From Geosiphon pyriformis uo1 (taxonomy: Eukaryota > Fungi > Glomeromycota), in the NCBI GenBank assembly GCA_016748015.1, contig JAAOMT010000473.1, forward strand, positions 13,182-39,164: DNA of 25,983 nt. The letters are read 5' to 3'. A program made the translations under genes and the position numbers. The notes beneath the pieces are model-generated. The model worked only from the letters and a program-made list of their open reading frames with translations. It searched no databases and was not told the origin of the DNA. This document shows, one piece after another, positions 8,844 to 19,688 of this stretch; positions within the stretch are counted from its first letter, which is position 1; the number at the start of each line of letters is the position of its first letter.

Positions 8844-10170
8844 TCCCATCGTGGTTGTCCCTTGACGGGATGTTCCCAAAATCGTTGGGATTTGCCAATG
8901 GTAGACAAGTGAATGGGAGTGGGGGATTGAAACATCATACTCGACACATCATGATCTTCATGTCCTTCCAAATATCCCCCGGGAGCAATTTTGGTCGCTG
9001 CGACACTGGCTTCGCTGGCCACGACCCGACAAATATCCAAGGTCATAAAGTAACATTGTCCAGCCAAATACAAATGGACTCCGTCGTATTGTTCTTCCCA
9101 ATACGATTCCAAACGAATCGAATCGTGAGATTGGGGGGTGGCGGCCAAAACGCCTTGTGACGCAGAGCCCCGCCCGCCATGCCCTGGGCCCAGGGTCGGG
9201 GTGGCAAATGATAATGAGCAAAGAGAAACCAATCATGCAAATGCAAAATGGAATCTCCATCCAACTTCATGGCATAATCCAAATCGTATTCCCCCAATAC
9301 CTTTGATGCAAAGTAAAAGAAAGCGGGAGATTCTGGAGGGTCCAAACAAAGTAAAAAGAACCATTGTGGATGAGTCTAGGACCATCGACAAAATGGGGAA
9401 AAGGTGGAACGTTTCCTGTCCAAGGTCATAAACAACAGCGATTGTCGTAGGTTCCACGTACTTCCTTCATTCGTATTCTCTCTGCGTTTCCATGTGTCAC
9501 GATTGAAAACAGGAGGAGAGTGAGCATCGAGTAGAGAAATGGCATCGACACTAGTGTGATACCTTGATAAAAATATTAGTAGTACGTACTTGATATTGAA
9601 ATTGAGCAAAGTCACGTCGGAATCATTGACATCTGGGGGGTTTGCTCGGAAAGGCACTTTTGGAATAATGGCATGTCAGGGGTAGTATGACGAGTAGTGG
9701 GGGGCTCTTTGGATCAGTGGCCGCCCCAATGACAAAGGTATAGACTAATTGGCATTGATTGCGTTTCAAGGCTGGCATCTGTCGTAGATCCCTCAAACTG
9801 CAAACGCGCGTATCATTCCAAACTTGGATAAATGTCGATGCCGCCGACGGTAGGTATAATCCGGACGGGTATTGGCAGTGAGAATGCCCACCAAGGTGCG
9901 AGAGCGTCGAAATTCCTCGATGGGATTGGTGGCGGTGGTAGTATAGCTGTCGGAGGCGAAGGAACCGACTTTTTTAGGATTGACGGTAGCAGGTTGCCCG
10001 AGGGTGAGGCTTGTTCGTAAAGGAAACTCGTACGGCCCTATGCTCACGATGATGCAATCATAAAAGGAATGGCACTGATCCGAATCGAAAACTGGAATAT
10101 GGCGGGTTGTCCCACCAGAACCACACTCTCCATCGACCAACATGGTTTCGTCCATTAGAATCCGGTACAT
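8844..10170 (-). pseudogene. GT31-like glycosyltransferase, frameshifted (pseudogene or consensus errors)
   Basis: Motifs LVGILT..YRRRHR, RVCSL..CQLVYTFVIG, DVTLLN..ENTNEGKS, MKLDGD (DxD), YLAGQCY, EDHD and WEHPVK are spread over several frames. GT-AG introns at 9482-9589 and 9333-9461; frame changes near 9825, 9660-9700 and 9135. 5' boundary uncertain. Confidence 0.75.
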
Positions 10171-10370
10171 CTCAGAACCAAGATATATTAGTCAAAAGTC
10201 CAAGATCTCGATCCAGATTTGGACAGGAAGCAATTAAGAGTCGGCACTCATATATGCTTTAGCTCCGCGAGTCATCAGAAACGGATACCCGAGAAAGGGG
10301 GAAACTGCGAAAGCATTTTTGTGCCAAACCTATTGTTTCTCTTGAAATCCNNNNNNNNNNNNNNNNNNNN

Positions 10371-13300
10371 TCCTGTGTCGCAGGCTTCCGCTAAGTATCG
10401 GTGGCTCATCGTTGCCTCGTCCCATAGTATCAATTCGGCCTCGCGGAGCTGTTGAGCTTGTTCACTTTGAGCTGTGATGTGCCATGTGCAATTTTCTTCT
10501 GTTCGAATTGGTAGATGTAGGGCGGACTGAGCGGTTCTCCCGTTTTTTAATTGAGTGGAGGCTATACCTGTTGTGGCTAGCCCAAAAGCAATTTTTTTTC
10601 GAGCTCGTGATCGCGAGAGTAAGATATTTTCACAGAAGGTCTTACCTGCACCTGCCACAGCATCAAGGAAGAAAATTTTGCTCGTTGCTCTTGATCTAAT
10701 TTCCTGTAGTTCTCTTCGAAGGCAGCTGCTTCTTCTTCGTGATTGTAGTGAGTTTCTATAACTCGGAATGGCGATTGTTGTTCTTGGTCAGTTGATGTAC
10801 TACATATTTGACGTGCCTCTTTTGGTACATTGAGAAAGTTGTAGTTTTCTAGGGTGATGTTTCTGTCTTTCAGACGTTGTTCAATGTCTAACGCGAGCAT
10901 GGCAACTTTGATGTCGTTCGAAAATTCTTGATGGTTGTTATATGATCGTTGGTAATCTTCCGTCATTTGGTCTTTGAATTCTTGGAAAAGTGCTGTTGGA
11001 TTTGATGGGTTGCACCATTCTAATATTGTGCAAAACAGCTGTCTTATTGTTTGGGGCAGCTCGATGTGCACTGCTTCTTGCATAGCTTGTCGCCATTCAC
11101 CGTCATCCTCCAAAATACCAAGTCGGAGACAAATGTCTCTGTATGTAGTAGCAGGAGGCTGATTGGTTGGTATTGTTATTCGCTTCAAGTCAGAAAAGCT
11201 TGTTGCTCCAAGTGAATGTTGATCATGTAGAAGAAGTCGCAAGTAGTATAACTCACCCATTAGAGGGTGAACATTGTAAACTCGTCCAATTGTCTTCATT
11301 GCTTGTTGTCTCTTACGTCTTGTCCACGTTTTGGATGATTTATTCCAAACATGATCTTTTGGGAAATCCGGATATAATGCTGGTTGTTCTGAAGTATCTG
11401 CTGTTCGATTGTAGTGAAACCACATTGTCAACTGCGTCTCCGGTGGACCGGCTTCTGCTGCTAGTCTTTCTTCACCTTCTTGGAATGGTATGCGTTGTCC
11501 GCTTTCAAGATGAATTGGTAGTGCTTGCACATTGGGGCACACTTCGTTTGTTTCGAACATGAACGTTCGCCAGCATGCTTCACTTGCTCCAATGCTGCGT
11601 AGATCTTGATACTCTTCAATTTCATTTTGGACCATATCTGCTTCATTGTTGTCATCAATCTTTGCCATTGCTCGGTCGGGTCCTTTAGTAATATATTTGA
11701 ATAGGTACTTAGAGGCGATTGCTGTGTTGCACATTTCAACATTGATGTGCATTCGATATTTCTTGAGGAGGTACGGGTTATATGGTACAACCCATCCATT
11801 GTTGAGAATCCTTGTCAACTGAGGACTTCGCTGATGATAAATATGGGTTTCAAACCAAGGATGACCATCATCTACTGGTCGTCGTCTGTATACAGGGTAG
11901 TTCATTGTCCCCGTCCACATTGTTTCTGGTGAGAGTGGCCTTGGATAGTGTTTTGAACATTCTCCTTTTATCATGCATGGAGCAACTGGATTCAAAGCAC
12001 CACACGGACCATGACACATGAAGCGGGTAACTAATTCTCGCAATCCATGTTCCTCTGGAATTTCAGCACAGACGACACGGTCTATGTCATCGCTTGTGTT
12101 GAATTTATCTTGAGGTGAAAGAAATACTAATATGTGCGCGTGTGGAAGGCCTCGTGCTTGGTACTCAACAGAATACACAAATCCAACCATCTGTCCAAAT
12201 ATGCCATCCTTTATGTCTTGAATCATCATGTCTAACATTCCCTTGAAAACTCTTGATATTATATCCGGTCGGTCAGATGGTGTTTGTCTAGGAAGTAGAG
12301 CTGCTAGAACATCAGCATGATTTGGATCCATGGTCATTGTGATGAATAAATCTGGCTTTCCATGAGCACGGACAATGGCCATTGCATCTTGGTATCTTGC
12401 ATTCATATACCGCAAACTTCCAACATGTGTTCCAGGCAGGATCACTACTTTACCCAAACGCTGTTTCTCATGCACAGCATCCATTCTATTAATGTGATCT
12501 TGAAGCACATTATAGCTTTCAGCACGGAGTGTCTCTTGGTTTTGCATTAAGTAGAATAGGCGCTGTCTTTCTATTCTTGACCATGCACAGCAGCAGTATT
12601 CTTGAAAAAGTCTGGCACTTCTGAAGAGTGTGTCACGTTCATCACTGCGTTGATGTAAGTGGTAGGCATAGAAATCACGTACACTAAGTTTCTTTGGTGG
12701 TTGTCCAGTTGTGTTTGTTGTTGATGATGGCATTCCAGCATACCAACTGTCTTCCCCTTGTGGGAACAGAAGTGTGTAATGCAATGCATCAAATGCTCTA
12801 TGGATATCAGAGACAAACTGTGGTGCTCCATCTTGTCTTCGATTCCGTATCATGATGCTGTGTTGTTTGTTACTTGGACTATCTTCCATGAGTATTTGCA
12901 CTTCTTTTAATCCAGTTGGCTCATTATATACACCTCCGTGGTCATGTCTTCGTTTGGTTGTCGGACTAATACTTAACTGCATCGTTTCAACTTGGTCAGC
13001 AGGTATTTCGCAAACTTGAATGCAGTCTTGGACGTATGGATTGCATCTTTTTAACCAATCCTGCAGTTTGATAAGTAATTGTAATAATCTGTCTTTTGTT
13101 ACCATTGTTGTTCCTGATGGTAGTCTCATGTGTCCTAATCGAATATGTGCCTCGGCGCCTTCATCTTGTTCTGGGTCGTAGACATATATTTGCACAAAAC
13201 GGGGTGTATTCCCTTGGGGTGGCATCAATGAATATGGCATTTTGTGGAATAATTTTCCCTTTACTACTACGTTTGGTCTCCATGACTGGTTACCTGATGT

Positions 13301-13753
13301 GCCATATTTTTCTTCAACAACTTGTGATGCTAAAGCAAGTGCATTATTGAGAGGCCTGGCAAACTTCCTTAATAATTGTCCGTCTATTGTATCATCTTTC
13401 CACATATCATGGATCCTTGCGGCATACGATTCTGATTCATTCTGTGATTCTCTTTGTTGTTCTTTCCATATTTCTAGTTTGATTTTTCCTTTTCTACAAC
13501 ATAGACTTGTTCGTCGTTTTTCTTGGTTCCATAGCATTGCTTTGCAGTATATGCATGGTGTTCTTGCTCCCATTGAACATGCAATGATGGTTTGTTGGCC
13601 AGAAAGAATTGCGTTTGTATTGTTGACGGCTGATCTTGTGACTTGTGATAGCCGTCTTCGCCGAGCTGCTCGTTGGTGCTCCCGTTGATCTTCTGTAAGT
13701 CTTCGCCGTCCTGCTCTGTGTTGTTCAGTGTTCTGCTGTTGAATAACATCTCG
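10371..13753 (-). mobile_element. Helitron Rep/Pif1 helicase gene, partial and frameshifted
   Basis: CxxC..CC zinc motif and Rep motifs PDLFITMT, VEYQARGLPHAHIL (HUH), KYLFKYITKG. Pif1 motifs AGAGKTF, ATTGIAS, ILWDEATM continue in another frame below ~10678. Both ends are at gaps. Confidence 0.95.
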
Positions 13754-13774
13754 NNNNNNNNNNNNNNNNNNNNT

Positions 13775-14701
13775 GGACCACAACGTGCAGCAACGGTCCG
13801 TCATTTGTTGGAAGGGCAGGCGCTCGATGATTTTGAGAACTATATGCGCCCAAACGACGTCGCAGAGACAGTGGACAATGTCAACAAAGCTTTGAAGATG
13901 GTGGCGGTTGCTATTTTTCCAGCGGATGCAGTCACGAGCATGAAGCATTACCTAAATTTTGAGTTGAAGAAACCCAAGGCACTTACGGCACGCGCTTTGA
14001 AGACCAGATTGGAAAGGCTTAACAACTGGTTCGACTATTTTCCTGCTGATGGAGCTGGGCGTACTGGACAAGTAACTAAGCTCACGGAGAACGAACTGCG
14101 AGGAATCTACTACCGAATGTTACCTGCAAGTTGGAGGCGCAAGATGGACGAGAATAACACGTTCTCGCAATACGAGACCCCGCTGAAGGATATGGTGGAC
14201 TACGCAGAACGATTGGAGGTAACCGAAGACAGATACGAGAAAGCGACCAGGAATGGTTCGGCTCATGTTCGCCAAGGCCAAGCTGGCAAAGCGAAGGGCG
14301 GTAGCCCCAATCACGGCACACCTGAATCGGGTGTCGCTAAGGGAGGCGTTGTCTCTAAGTTTTCGAAAAATCGTGACTGTCTAATCCACGGAGTGGATTG
14401 CGGTCACAACAGTCATCAATGCAAGGTGCTGAAAGCACATGCAACCAAGGTAAAGGCGCAATTTGAGGCGCAACCACGCAAATTCGTCCATAAGAAGAGT
14501 CAAAATTACAAACGTCCCGGTGGAGAAAATCAGTTTACTACCGGCACGGAGCGAAAATACACTAAAGCCGAAGTGCAACAGCTCATGAAAAACTTCAGTA
14601 CCAAGCTCAACGTGGAAAATTTCAATATGGAAGTCGAACCCGAGACCATGGGCGAGGAAATGGAAGTCGATCAGGCCCTGGAGGAGCTCCTAAACAAGTG
14701 A
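13775..14701 (+). CDS. LTR-retrotransposon Gag, probably Ty3/Gypsy-like (5' partial)
   Basis: Helical capsid-like region (LKKPKALTARALKTRLERLNNWFDYFP...MLPASW), a basic linker and a CHHC knuckle CLIHGVDCGHNSHQC. Confidence 0.7.
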   Translation, partial: GPQRAATVRHLLEGQALDDFENYMRPNDVAETVDNVNKALKMVAVAIFPADAVTSMKHYLNFELKKPKALTARALKTRLERLNNWFDYFPADGAGRTGQVTKLTENELRGIYYRMLPASWRRKMDENNTFSQYETPLKDMVDYAERLEVTEDRYEKATRNGSAHVRQGQAGKAKGGSPNHGTPESGVAKGGVVSKFSKNRDCLIHGVDCGHNSHQCKVLKAHATKVKAQFEAQPRKFVHKKSQNYKRPGGENQFTTGTERKYTKAEVQQLMKNFSTKLNVENFNMEVEPETMGEEMEVDQALEELLNK

Positions 14702-15342
14702 CAAATCCAGCAAGTTGTTTGTGTGCCATTGAAAAATAAATGTAGCAAGTTAGTAAATGTACGAAAATGTATTCGCAAATTCAAGAGAAAACACATTAAA
14801 AAAACACCACACGACGACGTAGAAATGACGACAACACCAGTGAAAGCAAAGTGTCAAAATCACAGAGTAACCANNNNNNNNNNNNNNNNNNNNGGAGCTG
14901 TCAGGCGACATGATGCTCTGGGTTAGTAGGAACAGGGGTAGGAGGGTGTGGTTGATCTTTAGCAATCTCTGCTAAAATCACGGGGAATTGCAGGTGACAA
15001 GAAACGTGAGATTGCTAAATAATGAGAATGATTTAGCTATTGGGAATGGTTGTCGGGCGCGGCGGGCGCGTGATGGAAACGGCCGGCAATGGTTGGCAAT
15101 GGCGAATGACGGCGCAGGCGGGCGCTGGATGCATCTGGGGATCAACAACTTGTACTGTACCGACAATGGAAGAACGGAAGAACCATGTAGCTACAACTAC
15201 CGTCGCATTCAATTATGCGTTTCCGGGAAATGTGTGAAAGTCAGCACCATGCGGACATTTGTCTCCAACGCGTGATGTAAGCGCAAGGTCGTGGATAAAT
15301 GATACTGTGCCAACGTCATGTCNNNNNNNNNNNNNNNNNNNN

Positions 15343-15630
15343 TTCTCATAAATTAATTCCTACTACTGCCCTGTTCCTACTACAGCCCTACAGCCCTGTT
15401 CTTACTACAGCCCTGTTCGTGCAGCAACATCCCGAGGTGGCGGTGGTCGACGGAGAAACAAACGGTTCTCATAAATTAATTCCTACTTCAGCCCTGTTCG
15501 TGTAGCAACATCCAGAGGTGGATACGGTACACACCAACGAACCTACTACAGTGCATGCTGACGTCGTTGTCCAGTTGTGGTGAATTCCCGGGACGCACGG
15601 ACGGATGACAATGCAAAATTATTATAAAGA
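15343..15630 (-). mobile_element. Probable Helitron 5' terminus with nested minisatellites
   Basis: Minus strand begins TCTTTATAATAAT directly after an A of the Copia. Contains a 123-bp-period repeat (15343, 15466) with variable CTACAGCCCTGTTC subunits. Confidence 0.55.
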
Positions 15631-18600
15631 TTGATGTGTTTGGTGCGTGGACGCATGCGTGGGGTTCGTGCAAGTTCCAGTGCGCCAGAGTTGTCCTCAA
15701 ATGCAGTGCACTTGACAACTGGTTGTAGGTCGTCGTTAAGTAATTTGCGGTCGCGAAGTTCCGTAATAATGTTCATAAGAGGTATGACTTGTCGTAGTGC
15801 CTCCGATAAGCAACAATATTCGGCCTCGGTAGTGCTCAGGCAAATCTCTCGCATTAGGCGTGATGCCCACAATATCGGACAACCCGCAAGTCGAATAAGG
15901 TATCCTGCGCGAGATTGCGCTGTCGCAGGGTCGTTCTCGGCAGTATCTTTATTCCAAGTGCCCGCAAAGTCTGCGTCAGCATACACTTCAAATCCTAGAT
16001 TGTAGTCTGGTTTCATGTAGTAACCCTTGTCTCGTGATCCAACTAGGTAGCGGCAGATACGTTTGACAGCATCAGAATGAGGCTCCCTCGGATCGATTGA
16101 AAACCTTGCAGCGTTGTGGACTGCAAAAGCCAAATCTGGTCGAGTGCTTTTCTCGAGGTAGTTCAGTTTTCCAATAATAGAGCGATAGTGCCAATCCGCC
16201 TTGTGTTCGTCTGAATCTGTGTTCTTCGATAATACTTCTCCAATTCGTGCTGGACAAGGTACCGATGAAGTGTTGGTTTGAAAATTCATGTCGTTAAGAA
16301 TTTGTTCGATCAATTTTGACTGAGAAAGATGCAGTGATCCATCTGGTTGTGGTGAGATGTCGACCCCAAGATAATCTTTGAGATCTCCCTCATCAGTGAC
16401 GTCGAAATTGTGTGCTTTAAATTCTTCAAATATTGCGTCGATTCGTGCTCGATCGCTATCGATGATTATGCCATCGTCCACATATACGAGAAACATCGTG
16501 GTTCCTCGGTAGTAGAGGCATTCGTCGATATTTGATTGTTCAAATCCCATGTCGATGAGTCCTTTGTGAAGGTATTGATTCCAAATGCGCCCGGCTTGTT
16601 TCTGTCCGTACACATTTTTCTTTAGTTGTAAACAATAATCCTTGGCATTATAGCCTTCAGGTAGTGAGAACCCTCGGGGAATAGCCATATACATATCGCA
16701 CTCCACGTCGGCTTGCGGAAAGGCCAGAACAAAATCGATCTGTCGCGTGTGCCAATTATACATGAGAGCCAACGTCAAGAAGAGTCGAATTGTAAACCAA
16801 TTTACAACTGGTGAATATGTTTCCCAAAAATTGACTCCATGTTCTTGTTTATGTCCACCGACATTAAGCCGTGCTTTATGCTTGTAGACTTCGCCTGTTG
16901 CGACTCGTCGTTTTCGTTTCATACTCCAGACCGCTGGTAGTACCGTCGTTCCATCAGGTACTTCCGATCTTAGAATCATTATCCAGTGACCTCGTTCTTC
17001 GTGTTGTGACACCTCGTACGCCATCGCTTTAATAAATTCGTCACGATCGGGTGATTTGAGAGCGTCGTCAAGATACATAGTATCTGGGTCGCCGGACTTT
17101 GCCATGCAGGCAATAGGATCATCGGATTCGAAATCCCACAAACCAATCTCTGCTAGTGACTCAAACGCAATCGGGAAAGCCAGATCTCTTGTCTCCAAGT
17201 ACGATCTCATTGCTTCCGTTGGTCGTCGTGTTCTAGTTGTACGTCGTAGAGGTGTCTGTTTGGTTTGCTGTTGTGGTAATTCGTTATGATCTGGTTCGTC
17301 GTTGTCAAATTCGTTGGCAGTGTCGTCAATTTCATTGACTCCCTCGGGAACAGTGATGTTTTCGTCATCAACTATAGTTGTTGGCACCACCGGCTCTGTG
17401 AACAGGTGCTCCCTCGGAAAAGCTGATGTGATAGTCGTGGTGATGTTCTCCACTGGTTTGACATTAATCACAACGCCATCGTGTCGTTCCTTGAAACCTG
17501 CCTTGACTTGCCAAGCAGCTAGGTCAACAGCATTGTTTCGCGGATTTCGTGTAGTTTCGAATAGGTCGTCGAATTGGACATGGTACTGTGGTGATACGAG
17601 CCCAGTAACCGGATTTAGCACCAACGCGACGTTTCGTGCATGATTGGTAGAAAAACCAAGGTAGATACCAAGTCTTGCTCGGGGCATCCATTTCGGAATG
17701 GTCTTACCACTGGCAAGATTGTCCTCCAAGACAAAGATCGGGCATCCAAATGGATGAAAGTCCTTAACGTTTGGTCGTACCGATGAATTCACAAAGATTT
17801 CGTAAGGCGTTCGTCCTCCATGATGTTTGGTGCGACTTGGTGTTTGTGCATGTGCATGGTTGGCATGTCGAAGTGCATATGGCCATAGGCAAGCTGATAT
17901 TGCTTTTGGCCATCGACTCTTGGCATCGAGCAAGATTGTCCTTGCTGCCTCCTGTAAGTCTCGAATTCGTTTCTCGGCAACGCCGTTTTGGAAATGCGCA
18001 TTGACTCCGCAAAACGATATTGACTGTCCTCTGTTTGCTATGTCAGCAAGCCAAAGGTTATCTGCGAATCGTCCGTTGTCGGCATGATAGTGCTTGACTT
18101 TGATAGCATGGGCAGCAGCATATTTTTCGAATGCTCGCTTTGCTTCCAATGTCTCGATAGCGGAATTGGTCTGTTGCAGATGGACGTAGGACAATCGACT
18201 CCAGTGATCGACAAAGACAGTTGCGAATTTATACCTTTTAATTGTTAACGCGCCTTTCATTTGCCCAATGAATCCGGGGCTTGTCGACTCCAGTTGATCC
18301 ACCGATACACAGTCGCCCGGCGCCGTGATGGTTGCCGGCTCGACTTTGGAGGGTTTTTGTTTAGTTCGCCATGCTCTTCGAGTCATTTTCCCATACAGGC
18401 ACCCCGCACATTTTGGTATCTTGCAGGTTGCTAGTCGTTTGGGAATATCCGAATTGTTCGCCATGACTCTCAACTTGTCGAATGACGTGTGTCCAAGTCT
18501 AAGATGCCATCTCATCAACTCCGCCTCATCGTCACTAAGAGCACGCTCGGGGAAGTTGCTGTTTTCGTTGGAATCCACATTGTCATCGTGAAAGTCAATT

Positions 18601-19688
18601 GTTGTAGGCTCTGCTGACGCTGTAGTTTCATCGTTGGTTCGATTAGATGCTAAAATCGTGGCATCGTCATCATCGTTGTCCGAATCAGTAGTTGCTGTAG
18701 TTTCCTCCAATCCCTCGGTAGCTGGGAAGCAAGTAGCTTCTGCAAATGGGTTTGGAATCGTGGTGTTTGTGACTTCAGCAATGAATGATGTTGCTCGGGA
18801 ATAGCTGGGTGCCGACTTCAATATTCCTACGTTGGAATTACTTGAGAGCCTTATCGTGCGCTTGTTATCCCCCCCATTCCACGTTAGGAGTATTGAATCT
18901 CTGAACGTTGTGCAATGTGATGGGCGAGATAGTGTCTGCGACCAATGTTGTGGCGACAGAACTCGAAACGGAAGGTTCGGTAGTAGCAGCACTCCTGGTA
19001 TAGTGAACGCATGAACTTTTCCATCGTCATCGGTGATGTGCCATTTGACAGTTCCTGTTTTGGTTGCTGTTTGTTGGCCAAGTCCTGTGACATGTCGATT
19101 AATAGTTTTAGGTTCATCTATAAAGTCGTCCTCGCAATTTGTCATGCAGTAACTTGCGCAGTTATCGATGGCGATCTGGAAAGAATCGCTGTCAAATGAG
19201 GCAGGTAAAGCATGTGTGCGAGCATTTTCATCTGTTGCATTAGTTGCAGTGTATGTCCGTGCAGCAAAGTTATAATCAGTTGTCGGTGCAACTGGCGATG
19301 GCGACGTGCGACGTCTAACTTTGTTGATGACGACTGCTCCCCCTTTTCGTGGAGAGTAGATGCGGCGACAGTAGTGGGATGTTCGTTTTGTGTTTCGTGG
19401 TCGTTGTCTCGATTTGGTAGTTCGAGAGAGGTTGTAGTGCGCGTTGTCCATGGCAATCGATATTGCTTTTAGCCAAGATTTTGCCCATAGCGAAAGGTAT
19501 CCATTCCGTTTGCGACGTCGACGACACATCCAATGGACAATCTTCATTACAAGCAACACAAAGACAATCGTGGCAGCGACACTCTCAACGATCCACAATA
19601 TTCCGAATAGGTATGCCAGCAGAATCCATATCGGGAATGGTAGATAGAGGAGTGGCCTGCAGAGTCTTAGGAGACTCAGGCCGACTCT
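15631..19688 (-). CDS. Copia Pol frame (hydrophobic linker, protease, integrase, RT, truncated RNase H)
   Basis: IAIDNCAS protease, WHLRLGH..CAGC, VSVD/HADNG/NGVAEKRIR DDE triad, VYVDD, YADADFAG. Frame is open right up to the gag stop. Confidence 0.92.

Noticed and set aside
13754-13948. N-terminal 58 aa of the 1123-aa Helitron ORF and its apparent overlap with a plus-strand ORF
   Set aside because: Crosses a gap; the region is the antisense of the gag contig.
18325-18591. Antisense 88-aa ORF identical to 22171-22437
   Set aside because: This frame shares third codon positions with pol, so silent pol changes tend to be silent here too.
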